From contig DIAY01000284.1 in the NCBI GenBank assembly GCA_002414905.1, forward strand, positions 354-64,353: a stretch of 64,000 nucleotides of DNA, read 5' to 3'. The notes beneath the pieces are model-generated. The model worked only from the letters and a program-made list of their open reading frames with translations, was not told the DNA's origin and made no database searches. This DNA comes from Holophagales bacterium UBA5066 (GTDB lineage: Bacteria > Acidobacteriota > Thermoanaerobaculia > UBA5066). The position numbers and the translations under genes are program-made. Positions 16,137-24,937 of this stretch are shown here, piece by piece; position 1 is the stretch's first letter; every line of letters begins with the position of its first letter.

Positions 16137-18080
16137 GTGCTCTACCGGCTCGATCGCGTCCACAAGGGATTCGGCACCAAAACCGTCCTCGCGGGCGCCA
16201 CGTGGCAGCACGACCCGGGCCGGGTCGCCGGCCTCGTCGGCCGGAACGGAGCGGGGAAGTCGACGCTGCTTCGAATCGTCCAGGGGCTCGTCGAGCCCGA
16301 CGCGGGGCGTGTGATCCGGGCCGGAGGAACGACCTTCGCCTCGCTCGAGCAGGCCGTCGAGCCGGAGGGAGACGAGCCGCTGCGCGAGTTCGTCGCCCGG
16401 GCCCAGGAGGGCCTGCGGGGTCTCGAGGCGGAGATGCGCCGTCTCGAGGAAGCGATCGCCGCCCTCTCCTCCTCCGGGACCGCAGGAGCGGTCGAACCGC
16501 TCCTGGCCGAGCACGACGCCGCACGCGAACGTTTCGAGCGAAACGGCGGGTATGAGGCCGACGCGCGCGTCGAGCGCATTCTCCTGGGCGTCGGCCTTGC
16601 GCGGGAGACCTGGGACCGCCCCGTCGGCGAGCTCTCGGGGGGGCAGAAGCATCGCGCGCAGATGGCGCGACTGCTGCTGGGCGACGCCTCCGTGCTCCTG
16701 CTCGACGAGCCGACGAACCACCTGGACCTGGCAGGGCTCGAGTTCCTCGAGACCTGGCTCGTGGAGAGGAAGGGTACGGTCGCGCAGGCGGCGCTCGTCG
16801 TCTCGCACGACCGGCAGTTCCTGAATTCCGTCGCCGACCGGATCGTGGAAGTTACGCACGGGGTCCTCGAGGATTATCCGGGCGACTACGACGCCTACCG
16901 GAAGCTCAAGGCCGAGCGGGACCGGGTTCGGGCGAAGGCCGCCGAGGAGCAGAAGAAGCTCGTCGAGCGGACCGAGGATTTCATCCGGAGAAACATCGCG
17001 GGGCAGAAGACGAAGCAGGCCCAGGCCCGGCGGAAGATGCTCGCGAAGCTGGAACGCGTGGAGGCGCCCCGGGAGGACGCCAACGAAGTGACCTTCCGGT
17101 TCGAGGAGGCGCGGTCCTCGGGTGACCGCGTCCTCGAGCTCAGGGGGCTGGTTCCGGGCTACGCCGAGACGGGACCGCTCCTCTCGCCCGTCTCCTTTCT
17201 CCTTCGCCGCGGCGAGCGGGTCGCGCTCTGGGGGCCGAACGGCTGCGGAAAGACGACGCTCCTGAAGACCATCGCCCGTCTCCTCCCGCCGCTCGGCGGG
17301 AGCGCCGTCCCGGGAACGGGGGTCCTGGTCGGCTACTACGACCAGGAGATGCGCGACCTTCCGCCCTCCTGGACGGTCCTCGACGTCGTCCGCGACCTCG
17401 ATCCGTCCCTCCTCGATGGCGAGGCACGGGACTTCCTGGCCCTCTTCGACTTCCGCGGAGACGAGGTGGAGCAGAGGGTCGGGACCCTCTCGGGTGGCGA
17501 GAAGGGCCGCCTGTCCCTGGCTCGTATCGTCTTCAGCGGCGCGAACCTCCTCCTGCTCGACGAACCGACGAACCATCTCGACCTCGACTCGCGAGAGCGT
17601 CTCGAGGAGGCTCTTCTGGAGTTCGAAGGGACGATCGTTTTCGTGTCGCACGACCGCTGGTTCGTCGACCGGATCGCGACCCACGTCCTTGAGATCCAGG
17701 GGCGCGAGGCGTCGCTCTGGCCCGGGGGCTTCACCGAGCTCTGGCGGCGGCAGGCGGCGGAGAGAGGCGGGGCAGAGCCTCCGCCGAAGGAGGTTTCAGC
17801 CGGGTCGGGACCGAGGGCTGCCCGTCGGCCGGACCGACAGGCGGACCGGATGCGCGCGAAGGCCCGTCGCGAGGTGGAGGCTCTCGAGGAGGAGGTCTTC
17901 CGCCTCGAGGAGCGGGTCCGGGAGATCGACGACGCCCTCGCCGATCCCGCCACCTGGAGGGACGGCCCGCGCACCCGCGAGCTGACCCTTTCCCGTGACG
18001 ACGCGAGAAAGACTCTCGACGCGCGGTACGCGACCTGGGAAGAGGCGGTACGAAAGCAGGAACTGGAGATCCCGGCGTGA
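16137..18080 (+). CDS. ABC-F family ATPase (two ABC domains, no TM domain)
   Basis: Two Walker A sites (GRNGAGKSTL, GPNGCGKTTL) and two signatures (LSGGQKHR, LSGGEKGR). A charged linker and a coiled C-terminus. Confidence 0.85.
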   Translation: MLYRLDRVHKGFGTKTVLAGATWQHDPGRVAGLVGRNGAGKSTLLRIVQGLVEPDAGRVIRAGGTTFASLEQAVEPEGDEPLREFVARAQEGLRGLEAEMRRLEEAIAALSSSGTAGAVEPLLAEHDAARERFERNGGYEADARVERILLGVGLARETWDRPVGELSGGQKHRAQMARLLLGDASVLLLDEPTNHLDLAGLEFLETWLVERKGTVAQAALVVSHDRQFLNSVADRIVEVTHGVLEDYPGDYDAYRKLKAERDRVRAKAAEEQKKLVERTEDFIRRNIAGQKTKQAQARRKMLAKLERVEAPREDANEVTFRFEEARSSGDRVLELRGLVPGYAETGPLLSPVSFLLRRGERVALWGPNGCGKTTLLKTIARLLPPLGGSAVPGTGVLVGYYDQEMRDLPPSWTVLDVVRDLDPSLLDGEARDFLALFDFRGDEVEQRVGTLSGGEKGRLSLARIVFSGANLLLLDEPTNHLDLDSRERLEEALLEFEGTIVFVSHDRWFVDRIATHVLEIQGREASLWPGGFTELWRRQAAERGGAEPPPKEVSAGSGPRAARRPDRQADRMRAKARREVEALEEEVFRLEERVREIDDALADPATWRDGPRTRELTLSRDDARKTLDARYATWEEAVRKQELEIPA

Positions 18081-19336
18081 CCCGGAACGCCTCGATTCTC
18101 GCGGTGGGAAGTGAGCTCCTCGGGACGACCCGTCTCGATACGAACTCCCTCTTCCTGACCGGTGAGCTGGAGGCGATCGGATATCGCGTCGTGAGGAAGG
18201 CGTGCGTGGGTGACGGCTGGAGAGACCTCGTCACCGAGCTCTCCTTCGCGCTCTCCCGCGCCCCGTGCCTCTGCGTCACTGGCGGGCTCGGACCGACGGA
18301 GGACGACCGGACGAAGGAAGCCGTGGCGGCGCTGCTCGGGCTCAGGCTCGTCCGCGACGAGGAGATCCTCGATTGGCTGAAGAAGCGCTTCCGGAAGCGC
18401 GGACGCGAGATGCCCGAGGTGAACGCCAAGCAGGCCGACGTCATCGAGGGGGCCGTCGTGCTCTCGAACCGGCGGGGGACGGCGCCCGGCTACCTGATCG
18501 AGTCGGACGGGAAGACGATCGTCCTGCTCCCCGGCGTGCCGTGGGAGATGAAAGCCCTGTTCACCGAGTCCGTCGTCCCGCACCTGACCTCCGGAGGAGC
18601 GCCGTCCGGTATCCACAGGCGTGTCCTGAAGGTCGTCGGGCTGGGCGAGAGCGCCGTCGAGGAGCTCGTCCGTCCCGTCTACGAGGCGCACCGGGATCAC
18701 GAGGTCACGATCCTCGCTTCGGGCCCGGGCGAGGTCCAGCTCCACGTCTCCGCACGGGGGACCCCGGGGGAGGCGCAGAAGGAGCTCGACATCCTGGAGG
18801 CGGATTTCCGGTCGGCTGTCGGTCCGGCCCTCTTCGGACGGGACGACGAGACGCTGGAAGGGGTCGTCGGCAACCTCCTGAAGAACAGGGGCCTGACCAT
18901 GGCCGTTGCGGAGTCGTGCACCGGGGGCATGGTCGCCTCGCGCATCACCGAGATCGCCGGTTCGTCCGCATACTTCCTCGGAGGCGCCGTCACCTACGCG
19001 GACGGCGCGAAGATCGAAGTCCTCGGCGTCTCGACCGCGACGCTCGAGTCGCACGGCGCGGTCTCGGAGGAGGTCGCGCGGGAGATGGCCGCCGGGGTGC
19101 GTCGACGCCTGGGCGCCTCCGTCGGCCTCGGGGTCACGGGGGTTGCGGGACCCGGAGGAGGAACGCCCGAAAAGCCCGTCGGCACCGTTCACCTCGCAAT
19201 CGACGCCGCGGACGGTACACGGCGGCACGAGCGGCTCGTCCTGCCGGGCGATCGCAGCATGGTGCGCCGGTGGACGACGTCGGCCGCGCTCGCGCTGATC
19301 CGCGGCTGGCTCACGGAAAGGGGAGGGATCCATTGA
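18077..19336 (+). CDS. cinA: CinA family protein (MoCF-like N-terminal domain + nicotinamide-nucleotide amidohydrolase PncC-like C-terminal domain)
   Basis: The GTG overlaps the ABC-F stop. ASILAVGSELLGTTRLDTNSLFLTGEL...VTGGLGPTEDDRT...AVAESCTGGMVASRIT...VGTVHLA. Confidence 0.85.
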   Translation: MTRNASILAVGSELLGTTRLDTNSLFLTGELEAIGYRVVRKACVGDGWRDLVTELSFALSRAPCLCVTGGLGPTEDDRTKEAVAALLGLRLVRDEEILDWLKKRFRKRGREMPEVNAKQADVIEGAVVLSNRRGTAPGYLIESDGKTIVLLPGVPWEMKALFTESVVPHLTSGGAPSGIHRRVLKVVGLGESAVEELVRPVYEAHRDHEVTILASGPGEVQLHVSARGTPGEAQKELDILEADFRSAVGPALFGRDDETLEGVVGNLLKNRGLTMAVAESCTGGMVASRITEIAGSSAYFLGGAVTYADGAKIEVLGVSTATLESHGAVSEEVAREMAAGVRRRLGASVGLGVTGVAGPGGGTPEKPVGTVHLAIDAADGTRRHERLVLPGDRSMVRRWTTSAALALIRGWLTERGGIH

Positions 19337-20334
19337 AGAAGATCGCGATCGTCGGGACCGGGGCCTGGGGAACGGCACTGGCGCTCCACGGGGCGAGGGC
19401 GGGCCTCGCGGTGAGCCTTCTCGGGTACCGGGCCGATATCGTCGACACGATCGCTCGATCGCGTGCCCATCCGTCGCTTCCGGGCGCCGAGCCGCTCCCT
19501 GCGCTCGTCGAGCCGACGATGAGTCCCGAGGAGGCGTTCGACGGTGCCGAGGCGATCCTCTGGTCGGTGTCGGTCCAGTGGACCGCGGGCGAGCTGACGC
19601 GCCTCCAGGGCTTCCTGCCCAGCGGCGTGCCCGTCGTCTCCACCTCGAAGGGGATCGAGATCGGGACCCACCGCCGGACGACCCAGATGATGCGAGACAT
19701 CCTCGGGCCTGACGTCCCGGTCGCGGTCCTGTCCGGCCCGACCTTCGCGGTCGAGGTGGCCCGGGGCCTGCCCGCCGCGGCCGTCGTCGCCTGTGCGGAC
19801 GCCGACACCGCGGCCCGAGTTCAGAAGGGGCTCGCCTCACCGACGTTTCGTCTCTACCGTTCGACGGACGTCGTCGGCATCGAGATCTCGGGTGCCGCGA
19901 AGAACGTCGTGGCGATCGCCGCCGGCATCGTGGACGGCTTGAAGCTCGGACAGAACACTCGCGCGGCCCTCCTGACTCGGGCTCTCGCGGAGATCCGCCG
20001 GCTCGGAACCCGCCTCGGGGGAGTCCCGGAGACGTTCGCGGGGCTGGCGGGGGTCGGGGACCTCATCCTGACGGCCACGGGCGATCTTTCTCGAAATCGC
20101 CGGGTCGGGCTCGCACTCGCCTCGGGCAAGAGTGTCGAAGAAGCGCTTTCGTCCCTCGGCGGGGAGGTGGCGGAGGGGGTCTCGACAGCCGGTGCGATCG
20201 TCGAGCTCAGCCGGAGCCTCGAGGTCGTGATGCCGATCTCCGAGACGGTGGCGGCGATCCTTTCCGGCGCGTTCGCACCCCGGGAAGCGGTCTCGCGCCT
20301 CATGACCCGCCCGCTGCAGGAGGAGGGCAACTGA
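19333..20334 (+). CDS. gpsA: NAD(P)H-dependent glycerol-3-phosphate dehydrogenase
   Basis: TTG 19333 overlaps the cinA stop. KKIAIVGTGAWGTALA...LSGPTFAVEVARGLPAA...EISGAAKNVVAIAAGI...GDLILTATGDLSRNRRVG. Confidence 0.85.
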   Translation: MKKIAIVGTGAWGTALALHGARAGLAVSLLGYRADIVDTIARSRAHPSLPGAEPLPALVEPTMSPEEAFDGAEAILWSVSVQWTAGELTRLQGFLPSGVPVVSTSKGIEIGTHRRTTQMMRDILGPDVPVAVLSGPTFAVEVARGLPAAAVVACADADTAARVQKGLASPTFRLYRSTDVVGIEISGAAKNVVAIAAGIVDGLKLGQNTRAALLTRALAEIRRLGTRLGGVPETFAGLAGVGDLILTATGDLSRNRRVGLALASGKSVEEALSSLGGEVAEGVSTAGAIVELSRSLEVVMPISETVAAILSGAFAPREAVSRLMTRPLQEEGN

Positions 20335-20405
20335 GCGGCCGCGCAGTCCCGGCGGCGGCTCGGGACCACGGGAATCCCGACGACGAACGTCTCCCGCTCT
20401 TCGTC

Positions 20406-21395
20406 GTGGCGGACCCCAGGGTCCGCTACGCCCGGGTGGACCGGCCGGAGGACGAGCCGCCGGCGGTGAGGAGCCTCCTCGACGTCGCCGTTCTGGACAT
20501 GCACCACGGCTTCGCGAACCTCGGGCACGCCTCGGTCGTCGAGCGGCTGATGAGGATCGCCCTGGAAGAGAGGCGGCGTGTCGGGGAAGGCGCACCGGGC
20601 GTTCGCATCGTCTCTTACGACGTGAGACTCGGCGGCGCGGTACCGTCCTCGGCGTCGCGTTTCGCCCTCGTCGTCGGCACGGGTGGCCCGGGTTCGCTGG
20701 ACCCGCGCGAGAACGACGGCGTGTCGCCCTACGCACAGGGGATCCGCGAGGACCCGTCGTGGGAGGCGCCGCTCTGGCGTTTCTTCGACGCCGTCCGCGG
20801 GAACCCGTCCTGCGCGCTCCTCGGCATCTGTCACACCTTCGGGCTTCTCGCCCGCTGGGCAGAATTCGGCGAAGCCGTCCCGCGCTCTGCGCAGAAGGGC
20901 AAGAGCGCGGGAGTCGTCACGAACCTTCTGACCGATGCGGCGCGGCAGCATGCATGGTTTGGAGGGCTCTACCACGCGAGCTCGGGCGGGCGGATCCAGG
21001 TTCTCGACAGCCGGCTTTTCGACATCCTCCCGACGGGGAAGGCCGGTCCCGACGTCCTCGCGTACGAGGCGACCAACGACGGCGTGCGTGGAGAGGCGAT
21101 CACGATGGCCGAGGTGGAACGCTTCGCCGACGGGCATCCCCGGATCTGGGCAGTGAACCACCACCCGGAGATCGGCGATGCCGGAGAGCAGAGGGCCCGG
21201 CTCCTCAGGATCGCCGCCTCCCGCCAGCTCAGTGAGGCGTGGCTCGGCGAGAGGCTTCAGGCGCTCGAGGCGTGGACGGCGTCCGAGGCCGCCGAGAGAC
21301 GGCTCCAGATCACCACGTCGTACACGTTCGAGGAGCCGGTGCGTACGATCCTGTCGCGGGCGCTTGGTGCCCGGCGCGATGCCCGGCCTTCCTGA
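20406..21395 (+). CDS. Class I glutamine amidotransferase-like protein (specific function unknown)
   Basis: Nucleophile elbow LLGICHTFG and downstream NHHPE (His-Glu) are typical of GATase1. The remainder is not assignable. Confidence 0.5.
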   Translation: MADPRVRYARVDRPEDEPPAVRSLLDVAVLDMHHGFANLGHASVVERLMRIALEERRRVGEGAPGVRIVSYDVRLGGAVPSSASRFALVVGTGGPGSLDPRENDGVSPYAQGIREDPSWEAPLWRFFDAVRGNPSCALLGICHTFGLLARWAEFGEAVPRSAQKGKSAGVVTNLLTDAARQHAWFGGLYHASSGGRIQVLDSRLFDILPTGKAGPDVLAYEATNDGVRGEAITMAEVERFADGHPRIWAVNHHPEIGDAGEQRARLLRIAASRQLSEAWLGERLQALEAWTASEAAERRLQITTSYTFEEPVRTILSRALGARRDARPS

Positions 21396-21404
21396 GCGCC
21401 GGCG

Positions 21405-21755
21405 TCAGATCGTGCCGTGGAGATCGCAATGATCCCCGTGGAGATGATGGAGGGCGCCATCGACGAGGTAATCGACGTGGTCGCCGTGCGGAACGGCGGG
21501 GTGCCCACAGCCCGGGTGGTGCCTGGCCGCGCACTCGACGGGCGCGCAGGCGGCAGGGCGACCCCGGTCCACCTCGAGGACGTGCTCCTCAACGCCCGGA
21601 TCGCCGGGGGAGTGGAGTTGCCCGTCGTGGAGATAATCGGCGTGATCGCCATGCCGAACGGCTCGATGACCACAGCCCGGCCCGTGAATGTGGGTGTGGT
21701 CGTCCGGGTGCTCCACGGTGTTTCGTCCTCCTCGGGCGAGAGCATGGTCCGTCAC
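21405..21755 (-). CDS. Histidine-rich tandem-repeat metal-binding protein (candidate zinc buffer/chaperone)
   Basis: Two copies of H-x-PGCGH-x-AV-x-HGDH-x-DYL-x-DG-x-LH, and a C-terminus HHLHGDHCDLHG. I count about 21 His and 5 Cys in 116 aa. No signal peptide is visible. The start is set at GTG 21755 to avoid overlapping znuA, and is uncertain. Confidence 0.55.
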   Translation of the reverse strand: MTDHALARGGRNTVEHPDDHTHIHGPGCGHRAVRHGDHADYLHDGQLHSPGDPGVEEHVLEVDRGRPAACAPVECAARHHPGCGHPAVPHGDHVDYLVDGALHHLHGDHCDLHGTI

Positions 21756-21787
21756 GGCTCCCGGGGTCAAGTCGCGGCGGTGTCGTC

Positions 21788-22777
21788 GTGACACGGTGGC
21801 CGTTGCGGTGCGCTGCCGCGTCCGTGCTTCTCCTCGTCGCACTCTCGGGCTGCCGGAGGGGGGGGGCGCCCCTCCCGGAGGGACGGCCCGTTGCCGTCGC
21901 GACGATCGCGCCCCTGGGAGATTTTCTTCGAAGCGTCGCCGGCCCCGACTGGACGGTGCGGACCGTAATCCCCCCCGGGACTTCTCCCCACGTCTTCGAG
22001 CCGGAGCCGTCCGATCTCAGAAAGCTCGTCGGCGCGAGGGTCGTCGTCGTGGCGGGGGCGGGATACGACGACTGGATGCGGAGGATCCTCGCGGCGTGCG
22101 CTTCGGCGGCGCGCGTCCACGATGCGGCGGCCTCTCTGGGCATCGGACCCGACGCGCACGAAGGGCACGACCACGCCCCGCTCGAAAGCCACACGGGCGA
22201 CGCGCATCCCGAAGAGGAGGGGCAGGACGGCCACGCGCACGGTGTCCTCGGAGAGGACCCCCACTGGTGGCTCTCGCCAGTCCTTGCGGCCAGGAGCCTC
22301 GGACCGATCGCCGAAGCGCTCGCCGCCGTCGACCCCATTCACGCCGACGACTATCGACGGCGCGCCCGGGAGACGGCCCGCGCGTACCTGGACCTCGACG
22401 CCGAGCTGGCCGCCACGCTGGCACCGCTGCGGGGGAAGCGCTTCGTGTCGGCCCACCGGGCGTGGGTCTACTTCGCGGACCGATACGGCCTCGTCGAAGC
22501 CGCCTCCATCGAACCGGTCCCGGGCCGCGAGCCCTCTCCGCGGGAGCTCAGGGCCCTCGTCGAGGAAGGACGCCGCGGCGGCCTCGGCCGGCTCTTCACC
22601 GAGCCGCAGTTCCCTCCGGCGGCGGCGCGGGTCGTCGCGCGCGAGGCGGGGCTCGCCCTGACGCTCGTAGACCCGATCGGCGGCGTCGCGGGGCGGGAGA
22701 CGTATCCTGCGCTGATGCGCTTCAACGCCGCCGCGTTCCGCCGCGGCCTGCTTCATGCGACCGGAGGGCCCGAGTGA
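21788..22777 (+). CDS. znuA: Zinc ABC transporter substrate-binding lipoprotein (ZnuA/cluster A-I SBP)
   Basis: GTG 21788. Lipobox LLVALSGC. PPGTSPHVFEPEPSD. His/acidic loop HEGHDHAPLESHTGDAHPEEEGQDGHAHG, then DPHWWLSP, characteristic of zinc-specific ZnuA. Confidence 0.85.
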   Translation: MTRWPLRCAAASVLLLVALSGCRRGGAPLPEGRPVAVATIAPLGDFLRSVAGPDWTVRTVIPPGTSPHVFEPEPSDLRKLVGARVVVVAGAGYDDWMRRILAACASAARVHDAAASLGIGPDAHEGHDHAPLESHTGDAHPEEEGQDGHAHGVLGEDPHWWLSPVLAARSLGPIAEALAAVDPIHADDYRRRARETARAYLDLDAELAATLAPLRGKRFVSAHRAWVYFADRYGLVEAASIEPVPGREPSPRELRALVEEGRRGGLGRLFTEPQFPPAAARVVAREAGLALTLVDPIGGVAGRETYPALMRFNAAAFRRGLLHATGGPE

Positions 22778-23433
22778 GCGTGGCCGTCCGCTTCGAGGAC
22801 GTCACCGTCTCGTTCAACGGGCGAAGGGCGGTCTCCTCGGTTTCCTTCACGATCCCGGCCGGGAAGCGGACCGCGCTGGTCGGCCCGAACGGCGGCGGGA
22901 AGACGACGCTCGCGCGGGTCCTCCTGGGCCTGCTGGAGCCGGAGAGCGGGCGCGTCACATTCCTCGACGAGGCGGGCCGCGAGCTGCCGCGACCGCGCGT
23001 CGGCTACCTGCCGCAGAGGTCCACCCTCTCGCCCCAGGCGCCCGTGACGGGGCTCGACCTCGTCGGTCTGGCCCTCTCTCCGGGACCGGGCTTCGGGATG
23101 TCCCGCGCCGTCGAGGCGGAGGCGCGGCGCGCCCTCTCGCGGGCCGGCCTCGCCGAGGAGCTCGCCACGCGCCCCGTCGGCCGGCTCTCGGGCGGGCAGA
23201 GGCAGAGAGTGCTCCTGGCCCGCGCCATCGCAGGAACCCCCGCGATCCTCCTCCTCGACGAGCCCGACACCGCCCTCGACGCGGAGGGGATGAAGACACT
23301 CCGCCGGCTCACGGCGGAGGAGGTGGCCGCGGGCAGGACGATCGTCTTCGTCACCCACGACAGTGACGCGATGGGGGGCGCCGATGCCGTCTTCCGGATC
23401 GACGGTCGCGTCTTCGAGGAGACCCGGTCGTGA
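22774..23433 (+). CDS. znuC: Zinc ABC transporter ATP-binding protein
   Basis: GTGA overlap with znuA. GPNGGGKTTL, LSGGQRQRVLLARA, LLLDEP. Confidence 0.85.
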   Translation: MSVAVRFEDVTVSFNGRRAVSSVSFTIPAGKRTALVGPNGGGKTTLARVLLGLLEPESGRVTFLDEAGRELPRPRVGYLPQRSTLSPQAPVTGLDLVGLALSPGPGFGMSRAVEAEARRALSRAGLAEELATRPVGRLSGGQRQRVLLARAIAGTPAILLLDEPDTALDAEGMKTLRRLTAEEVAAGRTIVFVTHDSDAMGGADAVFRIDGRVFEETRS

Positions 23434-24236
23434 TCGAGTTCTTCGCGTTTCCGTTCTTCCAGCGGGCCCTCGCCGCGGGATTCATCGTCGCCGTGGTCTG
23501 CGGGGCGCTCTCGTTCTTCGTGATCCTGCGTCGTCTCGCATTCGTCGGTTCAGGGGTCTCCCACGGGGCTTTCGGCGGCGTGGCCCTCGCGGCGCTCGTG
23601 GGGGCGCCTCCGGGTCTCGGAGCGCTCGTCGCCGCGCTCGCGGTGGCTCTCGCGACCGCGAAGGCCTCCGACGACGGAGAGTTGACCGAGGACACGGCCG
23701 TCGGGGTCTTTACCGTGGCGGCGATGGCGGTCGGCGTGGTGGCAATCAGCTTCCTGAAGACGAACGTGGACCTCTTCGGGCTGATGTTCGGGAACATCCT
23801 GACCGTCGATCCGAAGGACCTGCTGGCGCTCGGTGCCGCCTCCCTCCTCGTCCTGACCCTCCTGACGCTCTACTTCCGGCCGCTCCTCCTCGCCTCCATC
23901 GACGAAGACGGCGCGTTCGCCGCGGGCGTGAACGTGACCCGGATGCGTCTCCTCGTCCTCGTCCTCCTCGCGCTGACCGTCGTGGTCGCGTTGAAGGTCG
24001 TCGGCATCCTGCTGGTCTCGGCGCTGCTCGTCCTTCCCGGCGCCGTCGCACGGACTCTCGCCTCGCGCTGGCCGGGGTTCCTCCTCGGCTCCATGGGCGC
24101 GTCGCTCGTGATGGTCCTCGGCGGGCTCCTCCTCTCCATCGCCCTCGACATCCCGTCGGGAGCCGCGATCATCCTGACCGGAACGCTCCTCTTCCTGGGG
24201 GGCGTGGCGGCGGGACGGCTGCGGCGCAGGACGTGA
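23430..24236 (+). CDS. znuB: Zinc/metal ABC transporter permease (ABC-3 family)
   Basis: 4-bp overlap with znuC. Polytopic 268-aa protein; FFQRALAAGFIVAVVCGALSFFVILRRLAFVGSGVSHGAFGG is typical of the ZnuB/MntB family. Confidence 0.8.
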   Translation: MIEFFAFPFFQRALAAGFIVAVVCGALSFFVILRRLAFVGSGVSHGAFGGVALAALVGAPPGLGALVAALAVALATAKASDDGELTEDTAVGVFTVAAMAVGVVAISFLKTNVDLFGLMFGNILTVDPKDLLALGAASLLVLTLLTLYFRPLLLASIDEDGAFAAGVNVTRMRLLVLVLLALTVVVALKVVGILLVSALLVLPGAVARTLASRWPGFLLGSMGASLVMVLGGLLLSIALDIPSGAAIILTGTLLFLGGVAAGRLRRRT

Positions 24237-24937
24237 GCGTGCCTCTGCTGTCCGCCGGGGGACTCACGCGGATCTACGCGTCGGGCGGAGAGCGCGTCGT
24301 CGGGGTCCGCGAAGCGACGCTCTCGATGGCGCCGGGCGAGCTCGCCGTTCTGGCGGGGCCCTCGGGGAGCGGCAAGACGACCCTGCTGAACCTCCTGGGT
24401 CTGCTCGACCGGCCGGATGCGGGGCGCCTGGAGCTCCTCGGCGAGGACGTCTCGACTCTCGACGACCGCGGGCGCGCGCGTCTGCGGCGGGAGAAGCTCG
24501 GCTTCGTCTTCCAGTCGCACCAGCTCGTACCGGTCCTCTCAGCCGAGGAGAACGTGGCGCTCGCGCTCTGGATCCGCGACCTCCCGGAGGAGACCTGCCG
24601 AACCCGGGCGCGCGCGGCTCTCGCGGCGGTCGGCCTCTCCGGGATGGAGGGGCGCCGCCCCGACGCGTTGTCGGGCGGGCAGCGTCAGCGCGTGGCCGTG
24701 GCGCGGGCGATCGTCGGCGAGCCGGCGCTCGTCCTGGCCGACGAGCCGACCGCGTCGCTCGACTCCGAGACGGCCGCACGCCTCCTCGACCTCTTCGACG
24801 CGCTCCACGCGGAGAAGGGAATCGCGTTCCTCTTCTCGAGTCACGACCCGCGGATCGTCGAACGTGTTCCGCGTCAGATCCGCCTCGTCGACGGCCTCAT
24901 CGTCTCCGACGAACGGACGGGGGGAGGACCTTCGTGA
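24233..24937 (+). CDS. ABC transporter ATP-binding protein, LolD/MacB type
   Basis: GTGA overlap with the znuB stop. GPSGSGKTTLLNLLGLLD, GFVFQSHQLVPVLSAEENV, LSGGQRQRVAVARA, VLADEPT. Confidence 0.85.
   Translation: MSVPLLSAGGLTRIYASGGERVVGVREATLSMAPGELAVLAGPSGSGKTTLLNLLGLLDRPDAGRLELLGEDVSTLDDRGRARLRREKLGFVFQSHQLVPVLSAEENVALALWIRDLPEETCRTRARAALAAVGLSGMEGRRPDALSGGQRQRVAVARAIVGEPALVLADEPTASLDSETAARLLDLFDALHAEKGIAFLFSSHDPRIVERVPRQIRLVDGLIVSDERTGGGPS

Noticed and set aside
17336-19840. 834-aa minus-strand ORF
   Set aside because: It is antisense to ABC-F, cinA and gpsA, all of which have unambiguous motifs. Its sequence is R/P/S/G-rich with no recognisable domain.
21756-21787. Zur-box palindrome between the His-rich gene and znuA
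   Set aside because: Only a weak inverted repeat (GTCACG...CGTGAC) spans the two start codons. It is not AT-rich and does not resemble Zur/Fur-type boxes I know. It cannot be supported by eye.
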